In this document: piece after piece, positions 10,510 through 20,333 of the stretch
Layout of the letters: every line of letters begins with the position of its first letter
How positions within the stretch are numbered: the first letter of the stretch is position 1
DNA from: an uncultured Armatimonadetes bacterium
GTDB taxonomy: Bacteria > Armatimonadota > UBA5829 > DTJY01
Direction: 5' to 3'
Assembly (NCBI GenBank): GCA_963717145.1
Contig: OY970325.1
Coordinates: 4,032,001 to 4,096,000, forward strand
DNA length: 64,000 bases
Program-made: the position numbers and the translations under genes
Notes under the pieces: model-generated
Database searches by the model: none
What the model was told of the DNA's origin: nothing
What the model saw: the letters and a program-made list of their open reading frames with translations, nothing else

Positions 10510-10995
10510 TCAACGATGCCTGCCCTCCAATACTGCCATCAAGTATGCAAGGCCGAAGTACAATCCACCCAAGATGACAGAGAACAAAGCAATCCAGAGT
10601 CCTCCGTATTCGAGTGGAATGCTCGTCACTGGAATGTGAAAGTGATTCCACAAGTCATAACCAAAGCGGGCAACGCCGATGAGCGCCCCTAGCAAACAGA
10701 ACAACATGATGAGAATGCATACTTGTATGACGCCGGTTGCCATGCCAATGAGTGTTTCTTTGAAATCGCTTCTCTCCAATACTGCCATCAAGAAGGCAAG
10801 ACCAAAGCACAATCCGCCCAAGATGACAGAGGGCAAAGCCATCCAAAGTCCTCTGTATTCGAGTGGAATGCCCGCTTCTGCTGGAATGTGAAAGTGATTC
10901 CACAAGTCAAGACCAAAGCCGAAGAGGCCAGTAAAGGCCGGCAGCAGGCAGCCAAACGCGATGAAAATGCATAGTTGCTGCAAGATGCTTTTCAT
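10510..10995 (-). CDS. Hydrophobic membrane protein with internal tandem duplication
   Basis: Two copies of DLWNHFHIP...IPLEYxGLW...VILGGL...LMAVLE. Lower GC than its neighbours. Confidence 0.7.
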   Translation of the reverse strand: MKSILQQLCIFIAFGCLLPAFTGLFGFGLDLWNHFHIPAEAGIPLEYRGLWMALPSVILGGLCFGLAFLMAVLERSDFKETLIGMATGVIQVCILIMLFCLLGALIGVARFGYDLWNHFHIPVTSIPLEYGGLWIALFSVILGGLYFGLAYLMAVLEGRHR

Positions 10996-11049
10996 ACTTT
11001 GTCACCGCAGGTTCTCGGGGCTGCTATTCGATGGGCCAATGCTTCGCCC

Positions 11050-11682
11050 CTACACTCGCTCGGTCTTCGGCTCGGCGGGGCCGTGTGTGTGCTCCCAGAG
11101 GTGGCCGGGCCGCTTCGCGCCTTCGATGGTGGTCTCGAAGAAGACCGCCGCTCCAGATTCGATCACGCGCTGGACGTCGTGATGATGGCCCATCCCGGTG
11201 ACCACGCAGTCGCCCGGCCCGACCTCAAAGAACTTGCCCTCCGAGACGGCGATGCACCGGGCGCTGAAGAAGATCCAGTACTCATCGCAGTCGTGGAAAT
11301 GGTTGTCGAAGCAGGTGGTCTTCGGGTATGGTACCGGGTCGCCGCCGTCCTTCGGATCCTCGACGTTCCACACGGGGAAGATCCCCGAGCCGCCAACCTC
11401 ATCGCCCCATCGGCCGCACATTCGCACGAGGGTGACTTCTTCGGTGACATCGGACACCTCGAAATGAGCGCCCGGTGTGAGGTCGATGTTCGCGTTCGGT
11501 CCGGCATCGATCACCTGGCCGCCGAACGCGATCCGGCACTTCCCGCCGCAGACTATCACCTTCTCCTTCTCGCCGACCCGCTCGAAGACCTTGGTCTCGC
11601 CGGGCGCGAGCTTCGTGATGTCGAAGTACTCCATCTCGCACCACGCAGGCGCGAGCCCCTTACCGGACTTGAAAACGGGCAT
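11050..11682 (-). CDS. Cupin-fold protein
   Basis: HFHDCDEYW and GDCVVTGMGHHH cupin motifs. Confidence 0.75.
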   Translation of the reverse strand: MPVFKSGKGLAPAWCEMEYFDITKLAPGETKVFERVGEKEKVIVCGGKCRIAFGGQVIDAGPNANIDLTPGAHFEVSDVTEEVTLVRMCGRWGDEVGGSGIFPVWNVEDPKDGGDPVPYPKTTCFDNHFHDCDEYWIFFSARCIAVSEGKFFEVGPGDCVVTGMGHHHDVQRVIESGAAVFFETTIEGAKRPGHLWEHTHGPAEPKTERV

Positions 11683-11697
11683 TGCTTGTTTCCTCCA

Positions 11698-12102
11698 TTA
11701 AACATCAGCGGATACAGACGGCCGCTGATCAGGTCCCAGACTTACCACCAACCGCCACCAGCAGACCCACACGATAACTCTCGAAACCAGCGTGATTACG
11801 GCCAATGCCATCAAGGGAGTGTCCCGATACGGAGACAGGAACGCCCAAGTAGGCGGCATCATGGCCGCCAGGATTACAATAAAAGCAACGACGATATAAC
11901 CACTCTTGGCGGAGTTGGAAGGCAGTTTACTGAACCATATCCGAATCCACCAAGACAGGAGGCCAACACCTGACATGCAGGCGAAGAATTGCCCTGTGAT
12001 GAATTGCTTGCCTGGCCCGATCCCAAACAGAAGCAGAATGATATCCCAACCAGTCAGCCACACGCACAGCAACGTGGTATGTACAAGGTACAGGATCCGC
12101 AT
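11698..12102 (-). CDS. Hypothetical membrane protein
   Basis: About four hydrophobic segments, in line with the operon, lower GC. Confidence 0.6.
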   Translation of the reverse strand: MRILYLVHTTLLCVWLTGWDIILLLFGIGPGKQFITGQFFACMSGVGLLSWWIRIWFSKLPSNSAKSGYIVVAFIVILAAMMPPTWAFLSPYRDTPLMALAVITLVSRVIVWVCWWRLVVSLGPDQRPSVSADV

Positions 12103-12118
12103 TCCTCTTGTTTACTCC

Positions 12119-12901
12119 TCAGAGCTGGTGGTCATCCCCATCCGCCTTGATGTGCCCGATGACTTTCTCGCCGTTCATGAATTCGATGCGGCCCTCCCGG
12201 TAGCGGACCCGGACCTTGCCGTCGTTGTCGAGGGCGATCTCGTTCCCGTGCATGTGGATTCCGACATCGAACTTCGCGGGCAGGTCGATCCCGACCGGGC
12301 CGTTGCTCTCCAGGGAGATCTGCTTCTTGAAGATCGCGCCCGAGCCGTTGCCGTTGTTCTTGATGACCAGGCCGCCCAGGCACGGCTGGGGCCCGCACGC
12401 CATGATGTTGATGCCGTAGACCCAGGACTCCTCTGGGCCGGTGTAGTCGTTGCTCATCTCGACGTTCACCCCGAGGCCGACCGCGCGGTTGTGACAGAAG
12501 ACCTCGGAGTGCAGACCGGCCGACCATCCGGGGCCATGCTTGTGAAGCCGCGAGCACATGACGCACGCGTCGCCTGCCTCATGGTGAGTCGAGAGGCCGG
12601 CATAGATGGTCCAGGGGTACGAGTTCTTGCCCTTCTCCTCGTGCATGAGCGAGAGGATCTCGTGGGTCATCGCGCGCCCGTTGTTGTCGTCGGAGCGCTC
12701 GAATCGGATCATGGTGTCGAGCGGCTCCATCGGCGGGCGGCCCTTGTAGACGCTGCTCTTGAGGACCTGGCCCTCGGTCGTGAGCGGCCCCTCCTCAGTC
12801 GGCGGCTTCTCATCGGCGGCGAACGCCTTCTTTCCCAGCAGACCGCCCGCGAGTGCGAGCAGCCCTTTCACGATGAAGTTTCTGCGGTGTGATGTGTCCA
12901 T
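12119..12901 (-). CDS. Tat-exported hypothetical protein
   Basis: MDTSHRRNFIVKGLLALAGG...AFA twin-arginine signal, GGAGG RBS. Confidence 0.7.
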   Translation of the reverse strand: MDTSHRRNFIVKGLLALAGGLLGKKAFAADEKPPTEEGPLTTEGQVLKSSVYKGRPPMEPLDTMIRFERSDDNNGRAMTHEILSLMHEEKGKNSYPWTIYAGLSTHHEAGDACVMCSRLHKHGPGWSAGLHSEVFCHNRAVGLGVNVEMSNDYTGPEESWVYGINIMACGPQPCLGGLVIKNNGNGSGAIFKKQISLESNGPVGIDLPAKFDVGIHMHGNEIALDNDGKVRVRYREGRIEFMNGEKVIGHIKADGDDHQL

Positions 12902-13014
12902 TGTTTTCCTCCGATAGATGGCCAACGGGGCGAAGCATTGGCGATGCGAGTCCGACACTCGGTGCTATTCGATGGGCCAATGCTTCGCCCCTACAGTTGC
13001 TGATATCTATCCGT

Positions 13015-15742
13015 TCATCCGTTCCAAATCCGTTGACCGCATCTGCGCACGATAGGGAGCGGCTTATCCTCGGGCCAGGGGACCTCGTATGGGATCCCCG
13101 GCAGGAGGTCGAAGACGTCGTCCGCGATCGGCGACTCGCAGTCGGGGTCGAGGCAGACCGCCCAGACGAAGGTCGGCGACGTGAACACCGCCATATCTCC
13201 CCGGCGCTCGACCGATATCTGTGGCTCGGCCCACTTCAGATCCTTGAACCGCGTGACAAAGACTCTGTTCTGGGCGACCGTCCGGCCTTCCTGCTGCAGG
13301 AGGGCGAATGCGCCGGATGAATCCTCGCCGAGCGACTTCCATCGCTCGATCGGTATCTCGCCGATCACGGTCGATGCGTTCGCCGGGAGCGTGACCGCGC
13401 AACCCTCACCCCCATCGATCTCAGGCGACTCCGTCGCCGGCGGCCGGCGACGGAGTCGCCTGAGATCATCGTTGGGGATGGAGTTGGACTCCATCCCCTC
13501 AGTCTCTTGGGGATGGAGTCCAACTCCATCCCCAGCGATCGTTTTTCCGTCGAGGCGGAAGAGGCCGAAGCGGGCCTCGCCGATCCAGGGCTCGGGCGTG
13601 TCGTTGACGCCGAAGATGCGGACCGTGTCGCCGTCGACCACTGGGATCACGTTCACCGGCGCGAATGCCCTTCGGACCGGGTGATACGCAAGCTTCCGGC
13701 GGAGGTAGTAGTCGACGATCGTCCACCCGTGGCTCGCGGGCCAGCAGTCGTTGTACATCCAGAAGATCGCCGATGACGAGCTGAACATCCGCCGGCGGAA
13801 GTTGTTGCTATACTCCTGCAGACCCTCCGCCTGGAGTATCCCGCTGTAGAAGCAGTAGTCCTCGAAACTAAGGTCATCGACCGTGAGGCCGAGCCACCGC
13901 TCGATCGCATCGTAACACACACCCGACGCCTGCCAGTAGTTGCAGGCGTTGTCGTGGAACTCCCATGAGGGCGAGAAGACGCGCCGCTGACCCTCGGGGA
14001 GGAACTGCTTCAGGGTCGCCATTGATGTTGCGCCGAGCACGCCGCCCTCGTTCGGGAAGCGGCTGACATCCTTCCGATACTCCCAGAAGTCGCTCTTCCC
14101 CGCGCCGAGCGAGACGTGCCAGGGATGCTGGTCGCCGGTCGTCGGATCGGTCGGATGCCGAGTATCGGTCGAGTAGGGCGAACTCGGCCAGTATGGGCGC
14201 GACGGGTCCTCGGCACTCAGGATGCGCGGAATCTCCATGTGATAGAGCGCGTAGTCGGGATGCGGGTGATTGCGGTCGTACCCCCACGACCATGCGGCCC
14301 ACTCCAGCTCGTTGTTCCCGCACCAGACGAGCAGGCTCGGGATGCGGCGAGAGGTCGCGGACCTGATATGTGATCTCGCGGCGGACGTTCTGCAGGAACT
14401 CGGCGTCGTCGCTCGGATACTTGGCGCAGGCGAAGATGAAGTCGTGCCAGACGAGCACTCCCATTTCGTCGCAGGCGTCGAGGAAGTCGTGATCGGCATA
14501 GAGCCCGCCTCCCCAGACGCGCAGCGCGTTGAAGTTGGCATCGACCGCCAGTTGGACGAGCTTGCGGTAGTGCTTGGCATCGGGCCGAGCGTAGATCATG
14601 TCCGGCGGGACCCAGTTGCCTCCCTTGGCGAAGATCGGGCGGCCGTTGACCTCGAGGATGAAGTACTCGCCGGCCTCGGGGTGCTGATCCTGGTTGATCT
14701 TGATGCTCCGTATGCCGGTCCGCCTGGTGGCCCGATCGACGACTGCTCCATCCACAATCAACTCGCACTCGACGGTGTACAACGGCTGGTCGCCGTGAGG
14801 GATCGGCCACCACAGCTTCGGATCGGCGATCTCGACCGAGACGTCCTGGCGTGAGATGCCGGCCGGTAGTTCGACCTCGGCCCTCGCCGCCGCCCCCGCC
14901 GTTCGGGAGGGAGTTGGACTCCCTCCCGCAAGACTAGACTGGGAGTTCAACTCCCCCTGTAGTTCTGCGGGAGGGAGTCCAACTCCCTCCCGAACGGTGG
15001 GGGCGAGGGTAGCCTCTGAGACACGGACTCGCACAACTGCCTGTGCCGCCTCGGGGCTGTCGACGAACACGTGGGCGTGGATGCGGGCGGTCGAGTGGTC
15101 GGCCGAAAGCTCGGGGTAGACCGCGACCGCGTCGATCCGTGGGGCTCCGGTCCACTCGAGGCGGACCGGACGCCAGATGCCGACGTTGATCAGGCGCGGA
15201 CTCCAGTCCCACGAGAACGAGTTCTGGCACTTCCGGAGCCAGGGGCGCTTCGTGAGCTGGTTCTCAAGGCCGGTAGCATATCCCGCCCCCTGCTTCTCCG
15301 CGACCGAATAGAGCCCGCTCTCGATCCTCACCGCAAGCACATTCTCGGAGAGCAGCTTGCCGGTGACATCGAGTCGGCAGGGGACGAAGCAGTTGTCGTG
15401 CTTCCCGACCTCCTCGCCGTTGAGGTAGATGACCGCATTGAGATCGAGGCCCTCAAAGACGAGCCATGCGCGCTGGGAGAGCGACTCCTCGGGCGCATCG
15501 AACCGGGTGCGGTAGACCCAGACCTGCTCCTCGACCCAGCGCGCCGCCTGCGCGTTCAGTCCGACGTTGCAGTCCTGAATCAGCCCCTCGCGCTCCAGGT
15601 CGAGGTGGACCTCGCCGGGGACGCGGGCATTGATGAATATGCGTTCGTCGGCGTCAGGGCCGATGTAACTCTCGGGCCGACCGTGCTGGCCGTCGAAGCC
15701 TCTCAGTTTCCAGACGCCGTTCAGACTCAGTGATGAAAGCAT
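13015..15742 (-). CDS. GH2 beta-mannosidase-like glycoside hydrolase, frameshift near 14338, with two in-frame palindromic insertions
   Basis: FSWDWSP, VNGRPIFAKGGNWVP, LRVWGGGLY and WHDFIFAC in one frame. SLLVWCGNNE, RPYWPSSP, GDQHPW and FWMYNDCWP in the other. Confidence 0.85.
13417..13539. repeat. Two adjacent palindromic elements inside the GH2 gene
   Basis: Perfect 24-bp-arm palindrome at 13417-13467, followed by a GGGGATGGAGTTGGACTCCATCCCC doublet at 13468-13539. Confidence 0.85.
14898..14998. repeat. GGAGTT(G/C)(G/A)ACTCC-family nested palindrome inside the GH2 gene
   Basis: GTTCGGGAGGGAGTTGGACTCCCTCCCG...GGGAGGGAGTCCAACTCCCTCCCGAAC. Same family at 30294-30450 and 35260-35326. Confidence 0.85.
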
Positions 15743-16034
15743 GGGAACTCCTCCGCTGGTTTCTCGGGATGATTCTACTCCGCCGGAACGCTGAGTGCAA
15801 GGGGAGGCGATGTCATTCTGAGCATGTTACTGCATCGCCAACGCAGCTATTTCCTCCGCAGAGCACACCGTCATTCACCGGCGAACTCAGGACTGACGGT
15901 GGGTGCCTTCCTAGAAGCCGAGCGAAACGCAACTCCTTGGGCCGAAAGGTGTCTAATGTTGCAGAGGTATGGTATATTGAGGCAGGCGGGCCAGGCAACT
16001 TGGGGTCTACCACTCTCTCAGGGGGTATATTCGC

Positions 16035-18131
16035 ATGGATCCAGTCGCAGCAACAGCCGGAATGCTATCTACGCTTTGGTGGGTCATAGTGTTTGCCGCC
16101 GTGATCCTGATTCTTCCGTCCATCCGGGTGATCGGTCCGACCGAAGTCGGGCTGGTCACAAAACGGTTTGGCTTCAGAAAGCTGTCCGAAGACAACCCGA
16201 TCGCTTTTGAAGGAGAAGCCGGCTACGAGGCCGATCTTCTGATGCCCGGGTGGCGCTGGAAGTTCTGGATTCTCTACACGGTCAGCAAGTTTCCGTGGGT
16301 GGAGATACCCGCCGGCGAGATCGGGGTCGTAGTCGCCCAGGTTGGACGACCACTGCCGATCGGCGCGAAATCCGCGGTCTACAACGAGGCCTTCGGCAAC
16401 TTCAGCGATCTGCGGAGCTTCGTCGAAAAAGGCGGGCAGAAGGGCGTTCAGCGGCCGGTCCTGCCTCCGGGGTCACTGCTCCCGATCCATCCGGTCGGCT
16501 TCCTGGTGATCACCAAGCGTCAGGCCTACGGTCTGGCAGTCAGCCCGGAACTCCGGAACTTCAAGGGAACCCTCGGCCCGCTCAACTTCGGCCTGGATCC
16601 GGAGAGATTGAACCTGGTCCGCATCCAGCCCGCGACCGTCGGCCCGGAAAACCAGATTCGTGACATGGTCGGCATAGTCACCACCTATGAGGGCGAACCC
16701 CTGCCCGAGGGAGCGATCGCCAGCCGCCTGGGAGGTTTCACCGACATTCAGGCCAAGGAAGCCGCGGGAGAGATTCAGGACGCGACCCTCATCGAGGCCG
16801 TGCTCGGCAACAAGAACGATCTCCACAACAACTACCAGGACTACCAGGCGTTCCTGGACAATGGCGGGCGGATCGGACTCCAGCATGATCCGTTGCTGTA
16901 CGGTGCGTTTGCGCTCAACCCGTTTCTCGTGAGCGTCGAACTCGTGCCGATGCTCGTTGTCGAGCAGGGAGAGGTCGCCGTTATCAAGGCCTACGTCGGG
17001 CTGGCGACGGAAGACACCTCGGGTCCGGACTTCAAGTTCGGGAGCCTCGTGCGGCCGGGCCACCGAGGGATCTGGCAGGAACCGCTGAGGACGGGCAAGT
17101 TCCCGATCAACCCGCGCTGCTACCAGGCCGAGATCGTGCCCACGCTCATCCTGACTCTGAACTGGGCGGAAGTGATCTCTTCGGCCCACAGACTGGACGC
17201 CCGGCTCGAATCGATCGAGGCCAAGAGCCGTGAGGGATTCGTCTTCACGATCGACCTGCAGGTCCAGATCCACGTTCCCGACACCAAAGCGCCAAAGGTC
17301 ATTTCCAGCGTGGGGACGATGCAGAACCTGGTCGACGAGGTCCTTCAGGCGGTCGTCGGCAACTACTTCCGCAACAAGCTGCAGAGCATGCCGGCGGTCG
17401 ACTTCATCGAGTCGCGTGACAAGGTGCAGCAGGACGCCTTCGAGTTGATAGCGGATCAGATCTCGCAGTATCAGGTCGAGACCAAGGGCGTCTTCATCCA
17501 GGATGTCGTCCTCCCGCCGACCCTCGTGGATGTGTTGACCCAGAGAGAGATCGCGAACCAGCAGATCGAGACGCTCAAGAAGCAGCGAGCCTCCCAGGAG
17601 GAGAGAATCTCGATGGAGCAGGCGAAGGGCACGGCCGACATGCAGGCGCAGTTGGCGAAGTCGGCCGTAAACGTCGACATCTTCACCAACCAGGCGGACG
17701 CGCGCAAGGCCGAGGCTGATGGTGAGGCGACCTACATCCGCGAGACCGGTAAGGCCAAGGGCGCGGAGGTCGAAGCTGTCGGTCTGGCGCGAGCGAAGGC
17801 CTATGAGCAGCAGGTTAAGGCCCTGGGTCAGAATCCGACTGCGCTGGTCAACGCGATCAACGCGCTGGCGGAGAAGGGGATCAAGATCGTGCCGGAGACC
17901 CTTGTTGCCGGCGGAGGAGGAGCGATCGACGGCCTCGCGGCCACGATGATGGGATGGCTCAGCAGAGGCTCCGGCGGGAGTCCGTCTCCCATCGAGCCGC
18001 CATCGAAGCCCGCACCGATGGCGACACCGGAACCACCGCTGGTCACGATCGTCGCCGAAGAGCCCGATGTCATGGCCTCTCCGCCGCCTCCACCCATGCC
18101 GACCGGGGAGGAGCAGCAGCCTCCCGCGTGA
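16035..18131 (+). CDS. SPFH/Band 7/flotillin-domain membrane protein
   Basis: N-terminal TM, repeated GEIGVVVA / GEVAVIKAYVG units, SREGFVFTIDLQVQIHVP, coiled-coil AEA-rich segment and Pro-rich tail. Confidence 0.85.
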   Translation: MDPVAATAGMLSTLWWVIVFAAVILILPSIRVIGPTEVGLVTKRFGFRKLSEDNPIAFEGEAGYEADLLMPGWRWKFWILYTVSKFPWVEIPAGEIGVVVAQVGRPLPIGAKSAVYNEAFGNFSDLRSFVEKGGQKGVQRPVLPPGSLLPIHPVGFLVITKRQAYGLAVSPELRNFKGTLGPLNFGLDPERLNLVRIQPATVGPENQIRDMVGIVTTYEGEPLPEGAIASRLGGFTDIQAKEAAGEIQDATLIEAVLGNKNDLHNNYQDYQAFLDNGGRIGLQHDPLLYGAFALNPFLVSVELVPMLVVEQGEVAVIKAYVGLATEDTSGPDFKFGSLVRPGHRGIWQEPLRTGKFPINPRCYQAEIVPTLILTLNWAEVISSAHRLDARLESIEAKSREGFVFTIDLQVQIHVPDTKAPKVISSVGTMQNLVDEVLQAVVGNYFRNKLQSMPAVDFIESRDKVQQDAFELIADQISQYQVETKGVFIQDVVLPPTLVDVLTQREIANQQIETLKKQRASQEERISMEQAKGTADMQAQLAKSAVNVDIFTNQADARKAEADGEATYIRETGKAKGAEVEAVGLARAKAYEQQVKALGQNPTALVNAINALAEKGIKIVPETLVAGGGGAIDGLAATMMGWLSRGSGGSPSPIEPPSKPAPMATPEPPLVTIVAEEPDVMASPPPPPMPTGEEQQPPA

Positions 18132-18185
18132 GGACGCAATGACCCCGTGCTGTAGGGGCGCGCCTCGTGCCACCCGTAGACGTCT

Positions 18186-18217
18186 AAGGCCGCCGGGACT
18201 CGAGTCCCGGCGGCCTT
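18186..18217. terminator. Perfect 32-bp palindrome between convergent genes; likely bidirectional terminator
   Basis: AAGGCCGCCGGGACTCGAGTCCCGGCGGCCTT. Confidence 0.6.
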
Positions 18218-18250
18218 CTCATGGCATACAAAGGTGAGACGGGCAGACGG

Positions 18251-19249
18251 CTATGCCCTGCGCCGTCTGAACCCGAGAAGCGAACCCGCGCCGCTAAGCA
18301 GCACCAGGAAGGAGGAGGGCTCGGGAACCGCGGAGACGCGGAAACCGATATGGTCGCCCTCGCCCGACGGGGTGGTGGCGAAGTTTCCGAACGATGCCGG
18401 GAGGTAGTCGCTGTTGTGGTTGTACGCACCGCCGCGTATGCCGCGAGCAGCGAAATCCGCATACTGGGCTGTAACACCCTCGTTCCACTCAAACAAGTTT
18501 CCGCCCTGGTCAAACGTGCCGTAGGGACTCTCGGAGTTCTGGAACTCGCCGACCTCGGTCCGATAATACGGATCGCCGATCAAGTAGCCATCAGCATAAT
18601 AGTTGGCGTTGTTGCCGGAGGTATCGTCCAAGTCCCGCCCCGGAATCTCGTCGCTCCGGGTGGGATAGTTCCAGTAACCGGCGTTGGGGCCGCCGCCCTT
18701 GTAGTAAGCGGCCTTATACCACTCGTCCTCGCTTGTCAGTGCCCACTTGGCCCCAGCGTTGCGCTGGATGGCGCCGCCATTGGTGCCGTTGTAGCCATTC
18801 AGTGTGTATGCGCCGTCCTCAGTGTCGCCATTGCCCTGCCCGTTACCCAGCCAGTTGGCGAAACGCAGGCAGTCCCAATAGCTCACTAGGTTCACTGGTC
18901 TGTTCGCCCAGTCGGATGCCACGCTGTAGCTGTAGTTGCCTGAGAGGCCGGTGCGCTTGATGTCGCAGCCCCATGTCCAAGCGTCCGTGTCCATGCCGAG
19001 GTGGTACAGTCCGTAGTCGTCCGTCTTTGCCTTGGCGTTGAGGAACGCAGTGTACTGCGCGGCGGTCACTTCGTACTTGCCGATGCTGTAGTCGTAGCCC
19101 ACCGAGCCGTAGCTTTGACCATGGTAGCGGGTATCCGGGGCGTTCCCCGCGTCGCCGACGGGAACGGTCTCGATCGTGATGGCCGCCTGAGCGGCTAATC
19201 CCATGCTCAGCAGCACGATGGCTGCCGCAAGTGCGAATACCCTTTTCAT
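18251..19249 (-). CDS. FGE-sulfatase (CLec-fold) PEP-CTERM surface protein, array copy A
   Basis: Signal peptide, IGKYEVT, NRPVN, SEDEWYKAAYY, GTFDQGGNxxEW, RGG, GFRV, then VPEP-TM-RRRR. Confidence 0.9.
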   Translation of the reverse strand: MKRVFALAAAIVLLSMGLAAQAAITIETVPVGDAGNAPDTRYHGQSYGSVGYDYSIGKYEVTAAQYTAFLNAKAKTDDYGLYHLGMDTDAWTWGCDIKRTGLSGNYSYSVASDWANRPVNLVSYWDCLRFANWLGNGQGNGDTEDGAYTLNGYNGTNGGAIQRNAGAKWALTSEDEWYKAAYYKGGGPNAGYWNYPTRSDEIPGRDLDDTSGNNANYYADGYLIGDPYYRTEVGEFQNSESPYGTFDQGGNLFEWNEGVTAQYADFAARGIRGGAYNHNSDYLPASFGNFATTPSGEGDHIGFRVSAVPEPSSFLVLLSGAGSLLGFRRRRA

Positions 19250-19314
19250 CTTCTTCTCCTCCAATGTGTTGTGTGTTGGACACGCGGAATCTGCTACCCG
19301 CTTTCGGCAAACGG

Positions 19315-20283
19315 CTACGCCCGACGCCTTCTCATGCCCAAGAGTCCTACTAGCCCACCAGCCAATGCAATGAGTGATGATGGCTCAGGGACTGCGGAGA
19401 CGCGGAAGCCATAGGACAGGCACTCAAGCGTCGGGTTGTTGTAATTGTACACCGATGCCTCGCGGGTGAGGGCACCGTAGACATCGGCGAACGAACCGCC
19501 ACCGACACCGCGAGCAACGTGACTCCCGCTGATTAATGGTATGGTATCGTTCCACTCCCATACGTTGCCCATCATATCTTTCGTGCCATTCTGCTCCAGA
19601 GCGCCATTGACGGTTCCGTCCCAGGTAGAACCAATGGCAGAACTGTAGTTGGAATCTGTTCCTGGAGCCGGCGCAGTGTTCGCGCCGTTAGCATATAGAG
19701 AGTACATGCCGTCACCCTTATAGTAGGCAGCCTTATACCACTCGTCCCTGCTCGTCACTGCCCAAGTCGCTGCGGCGCTGCGCTGGATCGTGCGGCCATC
19801 GGTGCCGTTGTAGCCGCCCAGAATGTATGTGCCGGTCTCGGTGTCACCGGTGCCCTGGCCGTTAGCAAGCCAGTTCGCAAAACGGCAGGAATCCCAGAAG
19901 CTTACGTAGTTGACCGGCCTGTTACCCCAGGCGGCCACATCTCCACTGGAGCCACTCCCGACCGAATACGAGTAGCTGCCAGAGACTCCGCTGCGCTGGA
20001 TGTTGCAGCCCAAGTAGCCGCTGCCTGTGGCGGCCATAAAGGAACTCCACATTCCATAAGGGTCGGACTGCGCCTTGTGGTTCAGGAAATCAGCATACTG
20101 TGCGGTGGTGACCTCATACTTGCCGATGTTGTAGGTGTAGCTCACCGAGCCGTAGCCGGCGTCGAACGAGTCAGCCGCATTTCCCGGATCCCCCACTGAG
20201 ACGGTGTCAATGACGACGGCCTGAGCAAGGCTACCCATGCACAGCAGCGCGATGGCTGCCGTTACTGCGAATGTCTTCTTCAT
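19315..20283 (-). CDS. FGE-sulfatase PEP-CTERM protein, copy B (most divergent)
   Basis: Same architecture, with DMMGNVWEW. Confidence 0.9.
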   Translation of the reverse strand: MKKTFAVTAAIALLCMGSLAQAVVIDTVSVGDPGNAADSFDAGYGSVSYTYNIGKYEVTTAQYADFLNHKAQSDPYGMWSSFMAATGSGYLGCNIQRSGVSGSYSYSVGSGSSGDVAAWGNRPVNYVSFWDSCRFANWLANGQGTGDTETGTYILGGYNGTDGRTIQRSAAATWAVTSRDEWYKAAYYKGDGMYSLYANGANTAPAPGTDSNYSSAIGSTWDGTVNGALEQNGTKDMMGNVWEWNDTIPLISGSHVARGVGGGSFADVYGALTREASVYNYNNPTLECLSYGFRVSAVPEPSSLIALAGGLVGLLGMRRRRA

Positions 20284-20333
20284 CTTCTTCTCCTCCATTG
20301 TGTTGCGTGTTGGACACGCCAAGTCCAAGAGGG

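Noticed and set aside
10375-12118. Integron cassette array
   Set aside because: No convincing attC (RYYYAAC...GTTRRRY) sites and no integrase visible.
12540-12580. Heme c binding site in the Tat protein
   Set aside because: The motif is CVMCSRLH, not CxxCH.
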